NCBI GenBank assembly: GCA_964016885.1
Contig: OZ024744.1
Span: 121,086,001 to 121,150,000, forward strand
Length of the DNA: 64,000 nucleotides
Source: Eledone cirrhosa
Taxonomy: Eukaryota
Direction of reading: 5' to 3'
Part shown: positions 13,201 to 27,700 of the stretch, piece by piece
Position numbering within the stretch: the first letter of the stretch is position 1
Layout: every line of letters begins with the position of its first letter
Position numbers and translations under genes: made by a program
Notes under the pieces: generated by a model
The model's database searches: none
What the model was told of the DNA's origin: nothing
The model's input: only the letters and a program-made list of their open reading frames with translations

Positions 13201-16200
13201 CATGTGTTGAGGAAGTATGAAAGTGACTGGGTGAGCGAATAGAGGTAGTGATGGATGTTGTGAAGAGAGATAGTGTGAGATGGTTGGGTCCTGTGTTGAG
13301 GAAGGATGAATGTGACTGGGTGAGAGGATCAGAGGTAGTGATGGATGTTGTGAAGAGAGATAGTGTGAGATGGTTGGGTCATGAGTTGAGGAAGGATAAA
13401 AGTGACTGGGTGAGTGGAATAGAGGTAGTGATGGATGTTGTGAAGAGAGATAGTGTGGAACGGTTGGGTCATGTGTTGAGGAATTATGAAAGTGACTGGG
13501 TGAGAGGAATCACAGGTAGTGATGGATGTTGTGAAGAGAGATAGTGTGAGATGGTTGGGTCATGTGTTGAGGAAGGATAAAAGTGACTGGGTGAGAGGAA
13601 TAGAGGTAGTGATGGATGTTGTGAAGAGAGATAGTGTGAGATGGTGGGTTATGTGTTAAGGTAGGATAAAAGTGACTGGGTGAGAGGAATAGATGTAGTT
13701 ATGGATGTTGGGTAGAGAGATAGTGTGAGATGGTTGGGTCATGTGTTAAGGGAAGTATGAATGTGACTGGGTGAGAGGAATAGAGGTAGTTATGGATGTT
13801 GTGAAGAGAGATAGTGTGAGATGGTTGGGTCATGTGTTGAGGAAGGATAAAAGTGACTGGGTGACAGGAATAGAAGTAGTGATGGATGCTGAGAAGAGAG
13901 ATAGTGTGATATGGTTGGGTCATGTGTTGAGGAAGGATAAAAGTGACTGGGTGAGAGGAATAGAGGTAGTGATGGATGTTGTGAAGAGAGATAGTGTGAG
14001 ATGGTTGGGTCATGTGTTAAGGAAGGATAAAAGTGACTGAGTGAGAGGAATAGAGGTAGTGATGGATGTTGTGAAGAAAGATAGTGTGAGATGGTTGGGT
14101 TATGTGTTAAGGAAGTATGAACGTGACTGGGTGAGAGGAATAGAGGGAGTTATGGATGTTGTGAAGAGAGATAGTGTGAGATGGTTGGGTCATGTGTTGA
14201 GGAAGGATAAAAGTGACTGGGTGAGAGGAATATTGGTAGTGATGGATGTTGTGAAGAGAGATAGTGTGGGACGGTTGGGTCATGTGTTGAGGAAGTATTA
14301 AAGTGACTAGGTGAGAGGAATCAGAGGTAGTGATGGATGTTGTGAAGAGAGATAGTGTGAGATGGTTGGGTCACGTGTTGAGGAAGGATTAAAGTGACTG
14401 GGTGATAGGAATAGAGGTAGTGATCGATGTTGTGAAGAGAGATAGTGTGAGATGGTTGGGTCATGTGTTAAGGAAGGATAAAAGTGACTGGGTGAGAGGA
14501 ATAGAGGTAGTAATGTATGTTGTGAAGAGAGATAGTGTGAGATGGTTGGGTCATGTGTTAATGAAGTATGAATGTGACTGGGTGAGAGGAATAGAGGTAG
14601 TTATGGATGTTGTGAAGAGAGATAGTGTGAGATGGTTGGGTCATGTGTTGAGGAAGGATGAACGTAACTGGGTGAGAGGAATAGAGGTAGTGATGGATGT
14701 TGTGAAGAGAGATAGTGTGAGATGGTTGGGTCATGTGTTGAGGAAGGATAAAAGTGACTGGGTGAGAGGAATAGAGGTAGTGATGGATGTTGTGAAGAGA
14801 GATAGTGTGAGATGGTTAGGTCATGTGTTGAGGGAGGATAAAAGTGACTGGGTGAGATGAATAGAGGTAGTGATGGATGTTGTGAAGAGAGATAGTGTGA
14901 GATGGTTGGGTCATGTGTTGAGGAAGGATAAAAGTGACTGGGTGAGAGAAATAGAGGTAGTGATGGATGATGTGAAGAGAGATAGTGTGAGATGGTTGGG
15001 TCATGTGTTGAGGAAGGATAAAAGTGACTGGGTGAGAGGAATCAGAGGTAGTGATGGATGTTGTGAAGAGAAATAGTGTGAGATGGTTGGGTCATGTGTT
15101 GAGGAAGGATAAAAGTGACTGGGTAAGAGGAATAGATGTAGTGATGCATGTTGAGAAAAGAGATAATGTGAGTTGGTTGGGTCATTTGTTGAGGAAGTAT
15201 GAAAGTGACGGGCTGAGAGGAATAGAGGTAGTGATAGATGTTGTGAAGAGAGATAGTGTGAGATGGTTGGGTCATGTGTTGAGGAAGTATGAAAGTGACT
15301 GGGTAAGAGGAATAGAGGTAGAGATGGATGTTGTGAAGAGACATAGTCTGAGATGGTTGGGTCATGTGTTGAGGAAGTATGAAAGTGACAGGGTGAGAGG
15401 AATAGAGGTAGTGATGGATGTTGTGAAGAGAAATAGTGTGAGATGGTTGGGTCATGTGTTGAGGAAGTATGAATGTGACTGGGTGAGAGGAATAGAGGTG
15501 GTTATGGATGTTGTGAAGAGAGATACTGTGAGAATGTTGGGTCATGTGTTGAGGAAGGATAAAAGTGACTGGGTGAGAGGAATAGTGGTAGTGATGGATG
15601 TTGTAAAGGGAGATAGTGTGAGATGGTTGGGTCATGTGTTGAGGAAGTATAAAAGTGACAGGGTGAGAGGAATAGAGGTAGTTATGTATGTTGTGAAGAG
15701 AGATAGTGTGAGATGGTTGGGTCATGTGTTGAGGAAGGATAAAAGTGACAGGGTGAGAGGAATAGATGTAGTGATGGATGTTGTGAAGAGAGATAGTGTG
15801 AGATGGTTGGGTCATGTGTTGAGGAAGGATAAAAGTGACTGGGTGAGAGGAATAGAAGTAGTGATGGATGTTGTGAAGAGAGATAGTGTGAGATGGTTGG
15901 GTCATGTGTTGAGGAAGGATGAAAGTGACTGGGTGAGAGGAATAGAAGTAGTGATGGATGTTGTGAAGAGAGATAGTGTGAGATGGTTGGGTCATGTGTT
16001 GAGGAAGCATAAACTGACTGGGTGAGAGGAATAGAGGTAGTGATGGATGTTGTGAAGAGAGATAGTGTGAGATGGTTGGGTCATGTGTTGAGGAAGGATA
16101 AAAGTGACTGGGTGAGAGGAATAGATGTAGTGATGGATGTTGTGAGGAGAGATAGTGCGAGATGGTTGGGTAATGTGTTGAGGAAGTATGAAAGTGACTG

Positions 16201-19200
16201 GGTGAGAGGAATAGAGGTAGTGATAGATGTTGTGAAGAGAGATAGTGTGAGATGGTTGGGTCACGTGTTGAGGAAGGATTAAAGTGACTGGGTGAGAGGA
16301 ATAGAGGTAGTGATCGATGTTGTGAAGAGAGATAGTGTGAGATGGTTGGGTCATGTGTTAAGGAAGGATAAAAGTGACTGGGTGAGAGGAATAGAGGTAG
16401 TGATGTATGTTGTGAAGAGAGATAGTGTGATATGGTTGGGTCATGTGTTGAGGAAGGATAAAAGTGACTGGGTGAGAGGAATAGAAGTAGTGAAGGATGC
16501 TGTGAAGAGGGATAGTGTGAGATGGTTGGGTTATGTGTTGAGGAAGGATGAACGTAACTGGGTGAGAGGAATAGAGGTAGTGGTGGATTTTGTGAAGAGA
16601 GATAGTGTGAGATGGTTGGGTCATGTGTTGAGGAAGGATAAAAGTGACTGGGTGAGAGGAATAGAGGTAGTGATGGATGTTGTGAAGAGAGATAGTGTGA
16701 GATGGTTAGGTCATGTGTTGAGGGAGGATAAAAGTGACTGGGTGAGATGAATAGAGGTAGTGATGGATGTTGTGAAGAGAGATAGTGTGAGATGGTTGGG
16801 TCATGTGTTGAGGAAGGATAAAAGTGACTGGGTGAGAGAAATAGAGGTAGTGATGGATGTTGCGAAGAGAGATAGTGTGAGATGGTTGGGTCATGTGTTG
16901 AGGAAGGATAAAAGTGACTGGGTGAGAGGAATCAGAGGTAGTGATGGATGTTGTGAAGAGAAATAGTGTGAGATGGTTGGGTCATGTGTTGAGGAAGGAT
17001 AAAAGTGACTGGGTAAGAGGAATAGATGTAGTGATGCATGTTGAGAAAAGAGATAATGTGAGTTGGTTGGGTCATTTGTTGAGGAAGTATGAAAGTGACG
17101 GGCTGAGAGGAATAGAGGTAGTGATAGATGTTGTGAAGAGAGATAGTGTGAGATGGTTGGGTCATGTGTTGAGGAAGTATGAAAGTGACAGGGTGAGAGG
17201 AATAGAGGTAGTGATGGATGTTGTGAAGAGAAATAGTGTGAGATGGTTGGGTCATGTGTTGAGGAAGTATGAATGTGACTGGGTGAGAGGAATAGAGGTA
17301 GTTATGGATGTTGTGAAGAGAGATAGTGTGAGATGGTTGGGTCATGTGTTGAGGAAGGATAAAAGTGACTGGGTGAGAGGAATAGAGGTAGTGGTGGATG
17401 TTGTGAAGAGAGATAGTGTGAGATGGTTGGGTCATGTGTTGAGGAATGATAAATGTGACTGGGTGAGAAGAATAGAGGTAGTGACGGATGTTGTGAAGAG
17501 AGATAGTGTGAGATGGTTGGGTTATGTGTTGAGGAAGGATAAAAGTGAGTCGTCGAGAGGAATAGAGTTAGTGATGGATGTTGTGAAGAGAGATAGTGTG
17601 AGATGGTTGGGTCATGTGTTGAGGAAGGATAAAAGTAACTGGGTGAGAGGAATAGAGGTAGTGATGGATGTTGCGAAGAGAGATAGTGTGAGATGGTTGG
17701 GTCATGTGTTGAGGAAGGATAAAAGTGACTGGGTGAGAGGAATAGTGGTAGTGATGGATGTTGTGAAGAGAGATAGTGTGAGATGGTTAGCTCATGTGTT
17801 GAGGAAGGATAAAAGTGACTGGGTGAGAGGAATAGAGGTTGTGATGGATGTTGTGAAGAGAGATAGTGTGAGATGGTTGGGTCATGTGTTGAGGAAGTAT
17901 AAAAGTGACTGGGTGAGAGGAATAGAGGTAGTGATGGATGTTGTGAGGAGAGATAGTGTGAGATGGTTGGGTCATGTGTTGAGGAATTGTGAAAGTGACT
18001 GGGTGAGAGGAATAGAGGTAGAGTTGGATGTTGTGAAGAGAGATAGTGTGAGAAGGTTGGGTCATGTGTTGAGGAAGTATGAAAGTGACTGGGTGAGAGG
18101 AATAGAGGTAGTGATGGATGTTGTGAAGAGAGATAGTGTGAGATGGTTGGGTCATGTGTTGAGGAGGGATAAAATTGATTGTGTGAGAGGAATAGAGGTA
18201 GTGATGGATGTTGTGAAGAGAGATAGTGTGAGATGGTTGGGTCATGTGTTGAGGAAGGATAAAAGTGACTGGGTGAGAGGAATAGAGGTAGTGATGCATG
18301 TGGTGAAGAGAGATAGTGTGAGATGGTTGGGTCATGTGTTGAGGAAGGATAAAAGTGACTGGGTGAGAGGAATCAGAGGTAGTGATGGATGTTGTGAAGA
18401 GAAATAGTGTGAGATGGTTGGGTCATGTGTTGAGGAAGGAAAAAAGCGACTGGGTAAGAGGAATAGATGTAGTGATGCATGTTGAGAAAAGAGATAATGT
18501 GAGTTGGTTGGGTCATTTGTTGAGGAAGTATGAAAGTGACGGGCTGAGAGGAATAGAGGTAGTGATAGATGTTGTGAAGAGAGATAGTGTGAGATGGTTG
18601 GGTCATGTGTTGAGGAAGTATGAAAGTGACTGGGTGAGAGGAATAGAGGTAGAGATGGATGTTGTGAAGAGACATAGTCTGAGATGGTTGGGTCATGTGT
18701 TGAGGAAGTATGAAAGTGACAGGGTGAGAGGAATAGAGGTAGTGATGGATGTTGTGAAGAGAGATAGTGTGAGATGGTTGGGTCATGTGTTGAGGAAGGA
18801 TAAAAGTGACTGGGTGAGAGGAATAGAGGTAGTGGTGGATGTTGTGAAGAGAGATAGTGTGAGATGGTTGGGTCATGTGTTGAGGAAGGATAAAAGTGAC
18901 TGGGTGAGAAGAATAGAGGTAGTGACGGATGTTGTGAAGAGAGATAGTGTGAGATGGTTGGGTTATGTGTTGAGGAAGGATAAAAGTGAGTCGTCGAGAG
19001 GAATAGAGGTAGTGATGGATGTTGTGAAGAGAGATAGTGTGAGATGGTTGGGTCATGTGTTGAGGAAGGATAAAAGTGACTGGGTGAGAGGAATAGAGGT
19101 AGTGATGGATGTTGCGAAGAGAGATAGTGTGAGATGGTTGGGTCATGTGTTGAGGAAGGATAAAAGTGACTGGGTGAGAGGAATAGAGGTAGTGATGGAT

Positions 19201-21775
19201 GTTGTGAAGAGAGATAGTGTGAGATGTTTGGGTCATGTGTTGAGGAAGTATAAAAGTGACTGGGTGAGAGGAATAGAGGTAGTGATGGATGTTGTGAGGA
19301 GAGATAGTGTGAGATGGTTGGGTCATGTGTTGAGGAAGTGTGAAAGTGACTGGGTGAGAGGAATAGAGGTAGAGTTGGATGTTGTGAAGAGAGATAGTGT
19401 GAGGTTGGGTCATGTGTTGAGGAAGTATGAAAGTGACTGGGTGAGAGGAATAGAGGTAGTGATGGATGTTGTGAAGAGAGATAGTGTGAGATGGTTGGGT
19501 CATGTGTTGAGGAGGGATAAAATTGATTGTGTGAGAGGAATAGAGGTAGTGATGGATGTTGTGAAGAGAGATAGTGTGAGATGGTTGGGTCATGTGTTGA
19601 AGAAGGATAAAAGTGACTGGGTGAGAGGAATAGAGGTAGTGATGGATGTTGTGAAGAGAGATATGTGAGATGGTTGGGTCATGTGTTGAGGAAGGATAAA
19701 AGCGACTGGGTGAGAGGAATAGAGGTAGTGACGAATGTTGTGAAGAGAGATAGTGTGAGATGGTTGGGTCATGTGTTGAGGAAGGATAAAAGTGACTCGG
19801 TGAGAGGAATAGAGGGAGTTATGGATGTTGTGAAGAGAGATAGTGTGAGATGGTTGGGTCATGTGTTGAGGAAGGATAAAAGTGACTGGGTGAGAGGAAT
19901 ATTGGTAGTGATGGATGTTGTGAAGAGAGATAGTGTCGGACGGTTGGGTCATGTGTTGAGGAAGTATTAAAGTGACTGGGTGAGAGGAATCAGAGGTAGT
20001 GATGGATGTTGTGAAGAGAGATAGTGTGAGATGGTTGGGTCACGTGTTGAGGAAGGATTAAAGTGACTGGGTGAGAGGAATAGAGGTAGTGATCGATGTT
20101 GTGAAGAGAGATAGTGTGAGATGGTTGGGTCATGTGTTAAGGAAGGATAAAAGTGACTGGGTTAGAGGAATAGAAGTAGTGATGTATGTTGTGAAGAGAG
20201 ATAGTGTGAGATGGTTGGGTCATGTGTTGAGGAAGGATAAAAGTGACTGGGTGAGAGGAATAGAGGTAGTGATGGATGTTGTGAAGAGAAATAGTGTGAG
20301 ATGGTTGGGTCATTTGTTGAGGAAGGATAAAAGTGACTGGGTAAGAGGAATAGATGTAGTGATGCATGTTGAGAAAAGAGATAATGTGAGTTGGTTGGGT
20401 CATTTGTTGAGGAAGTATGAAAGTGACGGGCTGAGAGGAATAGAGGTAGTGATAGATGTTGTGAAGAGAGATAGTGTGAGATGGTTGGGTCATGTGTTGA
20501 GGAAGTATGAAAGTGACTGGGTGAGAGGAATAAAGGTAGAGATGGATGTTGTGAAGAGACATAGTCTGAGATGGTTGGGTCATGTGTTGAGGAAGTATGA
20601 AAGTGACAGGGTGAGAGGAATAGAGGTAGTGATGGATGTTGTGAAGAGAAATAGTGTGAGATGGTTGGGTCATGTGTTGAGGAAGTATGAATGTGACTGG
20701 GTGAGAGGAATAGAGGTAGTTATGGATGTTGTGAAGAGAGATACTGTGAGAATGTTGGGTCATGTGTTGAGGAAGGATAAAAGTGACTGGGTGAGAGGAA
20801 TAGTGGTAGTGATGGATGTTGTAAAGGGAGATAGTGTGAGATGGTTGGGTCATGTGTTGAGGAAGTATAAAAGTGACAGGGTGAGAGGAATAGACGTAGT
20901 TATGGATGTTGTGAAGAGAGATAGTGTGAGATGGTTGGGTCATGTGTTGAGGAAGGATAACAGTGACTGGGTGAGAGGAATAGATGTAGTGATGGATGTT
21001 GTGAAGAGAGATAGTGTGAGATGGTTGGGTCATGTGTTGAGGAAGGATAAAAGTGACTGGGTGAGAGGAATAGAAGTAGTGATGGATGTTGTGAAGAGAG
21101 ATAGTGTGAGATGGTTGGGTCATGTGTTGAGGAAGGATGAAAGTGACTGGGTGAGAGGAATAGAAGTAGTGATGGATGTTGTGAAGAGAGATAGTATGAG
21201 ATGGTTGGGTCATGTGTTGAGGAAGCATAAACTGACTGGGTGACAGGAATAGAGGTAGTGATGGATGTTGTGAAGAGAGATAGTGTGAGATGGTTGGGTC
21301 ATGTGTTGAGGAAGGATAAAAGTGACAGGGTGAGAGGAATAGATGTAGTGATGTATGTTGTGAGGAGAGATAGTGTGAGATGGTTGGGTAATGTGTTGAG
21401 GAAGTATGAAAGTGACTGGGTGAGAGGAACAGAGGTAGTGATAGATGTTGTGAAGAGAGATAGTGTGAGATGGTTGGGTCACGTGTTGAGGAAGGATTAA
21501 AGTGACTGGGTGAGAGGAATAGAGGTAGTGATCGATGTTGTGAAGAGAGATAGTGTGAGATGGTTGGGTCATGTGTTAAGGAAGGATAAAAGTGACTGGG
21601 TGAGAGGAATAGAGGTAGTGATGTATGTTGTGAAGAGAGATAGTGTGAGATGGTTGGGTCATGTGTTGAGGAAGGATAAAAGTGACTGGGTGAGAGGAAT
21701 AGAAGTAGTGAAGGATGCTGTGAAGAGGGATAGTGTGAGATGGTTGGGTTATGTGTTGAGGAAGGATGAACGTAA

Positions 21776-24700
21776 CTGGGTGAGAGGAATAGAGGTAGTG
21801 ATGGATGTTGTGAAGAGAGATAGTGTGAGATGGTTGGGTCATGTGTTGAGGAAGGATAAAAGTGACTGGGTGAGAGGAATAGAGGTAGTGATGGATGTTG
21901 TGAAGAGAGATAGTGTGAGATGGTTAGGTCATGTGTTGAGGGAGGATAAAAGTGACTGGGTGAGATGAATAGAGGTAGTGATGGATGTTGTGAAGAGAGA
22001 TAGTGTGAGATGGTTGGGTCATGTGTTGAGGAAGGATAAAAGTGACTGGGTAAGAGGAATCAGAGGTAGTGATGGATGTTGTGAAGAGAAATAGTGTGAG
22101 ATGGTTGGGTCATGTGTTGAGGAAGGATAAAAGTGACTGGGTAAGAGGAATAGATGTAGTGATGCATGTTGAGAAAAGAGATAATGTGAGTTGGTTGGGT
22201 CATGTGTTGAGGAAGTATGAAAGTGACGGGCTGAGAGGAATAGCGGTAGTGATAGATGTTGTGAAGAGAGATAGTGTGAGATGGTTGGGTCATGTGTTGA
22301 GGAAGTATGAAAGTGACTGGGTGAGAGGAATAGAGGTAGAGATGGATGTTGTGAAGAGACATAGTCTGAGATGGTTGGGTCATGTGTTAAGGAAGTATGA
22401 AAGTGACAGGGTGAGAGGAATAGAGGTAGTGATGGATGTTGTGAAGAGAAATAGTGTGAGATGGTTGGGTCATGTGTTGAGGAAGTATGAATGTGACTGG
22501 GTGAGAGGAATAGAGGTAGTGGTGGATGTTGTGAAGAGAGATAGTGTGAGATGGTTGGGTCATGTGTTGAGGAAGGATAAAAGTGACTGGGTGAGAAGAA
22601 TAGAGGTAGTGACGGATGTTGTGAAGAGAGATAGTGTGAGATGGTTGGGTTATGTGTTGAGGAAGGATAAAAGTGAGTCGTCGAGAGGAACAGAGGTAGT
22701 GATGGATGTTGTGAAGAGAGATAGTGTGAGATGGTTGGGTCATGTGTTGAGGAAGGATAAAAGTGACTGGGTGAGAGGAATAGAGGTAGTGATGGATGTT
22801 GCGAAGAGAGATAGTGTGAGATGGTTGGGTCATGTGTTGAGGAAGGATAAAAGTGACTGGGTGAGAGGAATAGAGGTAGTGATGGATGTTGTGAAGAGAG
22901 ATAGTGTGAGATGGTTAGCTCATGTGTTGAGGAAGGATAAAAGTGACTGGGTGAGAGGAATAGAGGTTGTGATGGATGTTGTGAAGAGAGATAGTGTGAG
23001 ATGGTTGGGTCATGTGTTGAGGAAGTATGAAAGTGACTGGGTGAGAGGAATAGAGGTAGAGATGGATGTTGTGAAGAGACATAGTCTGAGATGGTTGGGT
23101 CATGTGTTGAGGAAGTATGAAAGTGACAGGGTGAGAGGAATAGAGGTAGTGATGGATGTTGTGAAGAGAAATAGTGTGAGATGGTTGGGTCATGTGTTGA
23201 GGAAGTATGAATGTGACTGGGTGAGAGGAATAGAGGTAGTTATGGATGTTGTGAAGAGAGATAGTGTGAGATGGTTGGGTCATGTGTTGAGGAAGGATAA
23301 AAGTGACTGGGTGAGAGGAATAGAGGTAGTGGTGGATGTTGTGAAGAGAGATAGTGTGAGATGGTTGGGTCATGTGTTGAGGAAGGATAAAAGTGACTGG
23401 GTGAGAAGAATAGAGGTAGTGACGGATGTTGTGAAGAGAGATAGTGTGAGATGGTTGGGTTATGTGTTGAGGAAGGATAAAAGTGAGTCGTCGAGAGGAA
23501 TAGAGGTAGTGATGGATGTTGTGAAGTGAGATAGTGTGAGATGGTTGGGTCATGTGTTGAGGAAGGATAAAAGTGACTGGGTGAGAGGAATAGAGGTAGT
23601 GATGGATGTTGCGAAGAGAGATAGTGTGAGATGGTTGGGTCATGTGTTGAGGAAGGATAAAAGTGACTGGGTGAGAGGAATAGAGGTAGTGATGGATGTT
23701 GTGAAGAGAGATAGTGTGAGATGGTTAGCTCATGTGTTGAGGAAGGATAAAAGTGACTGGGTGAGAGGAATAGAGGTTGTGATGGATGTTGTGAAGAGAG
23801 ATAGTGTGAGATGGTTGGGTCATGTGTTGAGGAAGTATAAAAGTGACTGGGTGAGAGGAATAGAGGTAGTGATGGATGTTGTGAGGAGAGATAGTGTGAG
23901 ATGGTTGGGTCATGTGTTGAGGAAGTGTGAAAGTGACTGGGTGAGAGGAATAGAGGTAGAGTTGGATGTTGTGAAGAGAGATAGTGTGAGAAGGTTGTGT
24001 CATGTGTTGAGGAAGTATGAAAGTGACTGGGTGAGAGGAATAGAGGTAGTGATGGATGTTGTGAAGAGAGATAGTGTGAGATGGTTGGGTCATGTGTTGA
24101 GGAGGGATAAAATTGATTGTGTGAGAGGAATAGAGGTAGTGATGGATGTTGTGAAGAGAGATAGTGTGAGATGGTTGGGTCATGTGTTGAGGAAGGATAA
24201 AAGTGACTGGGTGAGAGGAATAGAGGTAGTGATGCATGTGGTGAAGAGAGATAGTGTGAGATGGTTGGGTCATGTGTTGAGGAAGGATAAAAGTGACTGG
24301 GTGAGAGGAATAGAGGTAGTGATGGATGTTGTGAAGAGAGATATGTGAGATGGTTGGGTCATGTGTTGAGGAAGGATAAAAGCGACTGGGTGAGAGGAAT
24401 AGAGGTAGTGACGAATGTTGTGAAGATAGATATTGTGAGATGGTTGGGTCATGTGTTGAGGAAGGATAAAAGTGACTCGGTGAGAGGAATAGAGGTAGTG
24501 ATGGATGTTGTGAAGAGAGATAGTGTGAGATGGTTGGGTCATGTGTTGAGGAAGGATAAAAGTGACTGGGTGAGAGGAATAGAGGTAGTGATGGATGTTG
24601 TGAAGAGAGATAGTGAGATGGTTGGGTCATGTGTTGAGGAAGGATACAAGTGACTGGGTGAGAGGAATAGAGGTAGTGATGGATGTTGTGAAGAGAGATA

Positions 24701-27700
24701 TGTGAGATGGTTGGGTCATGTGTTGAGGAAGGATAAAAGTGACTGGGTGAGAGGAATAGAGGTAGTGACGGATGTTGTGAAGAGAGATAGTGTGAGATGG
24801 TTGGGTCATGTGTTGAGGAAGGATAAAAGTGACTGGGTGAGAGAAATAGAGGTAGTGATGGATGTTGCGAAGAGAGATAGTGTGAGATGGTTGGGTCATG
24901 TGTTGAGGAAGGATAAAAGTGACTGGGTGAGAGGAATCAGAGGTAGTGATGGATGTTGCGAAGAGAGATAGTGTGAGATGGTTGGGTCATGTGTTGAGGA
25001 AGGATAAAAGTGACTGGGTGAGAGGAATCAGAGGTAGTGATGGATGTTGTGAAGAGAGATAGTGTGAGATGGTTGGGTCATGTGTTGAGGAAGGATAAAA
25101 GTGACTGGGTGAGAGGAATCAGAGGTAGTGATGGATGTTGTGAAGAGAAATAGTGTGAGATGGTTGGGTCATGTGTTGAGGAAGGATAAAAGTGACTGGG
25201 TAAGAGGAATAGATGTAGTGATGCATGTTGAGAAAAGAGATAATGTGAGTTGGTTGGGTCATTTGTTGAGGAAGTATGAAAGTGACGGGCTGAGAGGAAT
25301 AGCGGTAGTGATAGATGTTGTGAAGAGAGATAGTGTGAGATGGTTGGGTCATGTGTTGAGGAAGTATGAAAGTGACTGGGTGAGAGGAATAGAGGTAGAG
25401 ATGGATGTTGTGAAGAGACATAGTCTGAGATGGTTGGGTCATGTGTTGAGGAAGTATGAAAGTGACAGGGTGAGAGGAATAGAGGTAGTGATGGATGTTG
25501 TGAAGAGAAATAGTGTGAGATGGTTGGGTCATGTGTTGAGGAAGTATGAATGTGACTGGGTGAGAGGAATAGAGGTAGTTATGGATGTTGTGAAGAGAGA
25601 TAGTGTGAGATGTTTGGGTCATGTGTTGAGGAAGGATAAAAGTGACTGGGTGAGAGGAATAGAGGTAGTGGTGGATGTTGTGAAGAGAGATAGTGTGAGA
25701 TGGTTGGGTCATGTGTTGAGGAAGGATAAAAGTGACTGGGTGAGAAGAATAGAGGTAGTGACGGATGTTGTGAAGAGAGATAGTGTGAGATGGTTGGGTT
25801 ATGTGTTGAGGAAAGATAAAAGTGAGTCGTCGAGAGGAATAGAGGTAGTGATGGATGTTGTGAAGAGAGATAGTGTGAGATGGTTGGGTCATGTGTTGAG
25901 GAAGGATAAAAGTGACTGGGTGAGAGGAATAGAGGTAGTGATGGATGTTGTGAAGAGAGATAGTGTGAGATGGTTAGCTCATGTGTTGAGGAAGGATAAA
26001 AGTGACTGGGTGAGAGGAATAGAGGTAGTGATGGATGTTGTGAAGAGAGATAGTGTGAGATGGTTAGCTCATGTGTTGAGGAAGGATAAAAGTGACTGGG
26101 TGAGAGGAATAGAGGTTGTGATGGATGTTGTGAAGAGAGATAGTGTGAGATGGTTGGGTCATGTGTTGAGGAAGTATAAAAGTGACTGGGTGAGAGGAAT
26201 AGAGGTAGTGATGGATGTTGTGAGGAGAGATAGTGTGAGATGGTTGGGTCATGTGTTGAGGAAGTGTGAAAGTGACTGGGTGAGAGGAATAGAGGTAGAG
26301 TTGGATGTTGTGAAGAGAGATAGTGTGAGAAGGTTGTGTCATGTGTTGAGGAAGTATGAAAGTGACTGGGTGAGAGGAATAGAGGTAGTGATGGATGTTG
26401 TGAAGAGAGATAGTGTGAGATGGTTGGGTCATGTGTTGAGGAAGGATAAAAGTGACTGGGTGAGAGGAATAGAGGTAGTGATGGATGTTGTGAAGAGAGA
26501 TAGTGTGAGATGGTTAGGTCATGTGTTGAGGGAGGATAAAAGTGACTGGGTGAGATGAATAGAGGTAGTGATGGATGTTGTGAAGAGAGATAGTGTGAGA
26601 TGGTTGGGTCATGTGTTGAGGAAGGATAAAAGTGACTGGGTAAGAGGAATCAGAGGTAGTGATGGATGTTGTGAAGAGAAATAGTGTGAGATGGTTGGGT
26701 CATGTGTTGAGGAAGGATAAAAGTGACTGGGTAAGAGGAATAGATGTAGTGATGCATGTTGAGAAAAGAGATAATGTGAGTTGGTTGGGTCATGTGTTGA
26801 GGAAGTATGAAAGTGACGGGCTGAGAGGAATAGCGGTAGTGATAGATGTTGTGAAGAGAGATAGTGTGAGATGGTTGGGTCATGTGTTGAGGAAGTATGA
26901 AAGTGACTGGGTGAGAGGAATAGAGGTAGAGATGGATGTTGTGAAGAGACATAGTCTGAGATGGTTGGGTCATGTGTTAAGGAAGTATGAAAGTGACAGG
27001 GTGAGAGGAATAGAGGTAGTGATGGATGTTGTGAAGAGAAATAGTGTGAGATGGTTGGGTCATGTGTTGAGGAAGTATGAATGTGACTGGGTGAGAGGAA
27101 TAGAGGTAGTGGTGGATGTTGTGAAGAGAGATAGTGTGAGATGGTTGGGTCATGTGTTGAGGAAGGATAAAAGTGACTGGGTGAGAAGAATAGAGGTAGT
27201 GACGGATGTTGTGAAGAGAGATAGTGTGAGATGGTTGGGTTATGTGTTGAGGAAGGATAAAAGTGAGTCGTCGAGAGGAACAGAGGTAGTGATGGATGTT
27301 GTGAAGAGAGATAGTGTGAGATGGTTGGGTCATGTGTTGAGGAAGGATAAAAGTGACTGGGTGAGAGGAATAGAGGTAGTGATGGATGTTGCGAAGAGAG
27401 ATAGTGTGAGATGGTTGGGTCATGTGTTGAGGAAGGATAAAAGTGACTGGGTGAGAGGAATAGAGGTAGTGATGGATGTTGTGAAGAGAGATAGTGTGAG
27501 ATGGTTAGCTCATGTGTTGAGGAAGGATAAAAGTGACTGGGTGAGAGGAATAGAGGTTGTGATGGATGTTGTGAAGAGAGATAGTGTGAGATGGTTGGGT
27601 CATGTGTTGAGGAAGTATGAAAGTGACTGGGTGAGAGGAATAGAGGTAGAGATGGATGTTGTGAAGAGACATAGTCTGAGATGGTTGGGTCATGTGTTGA

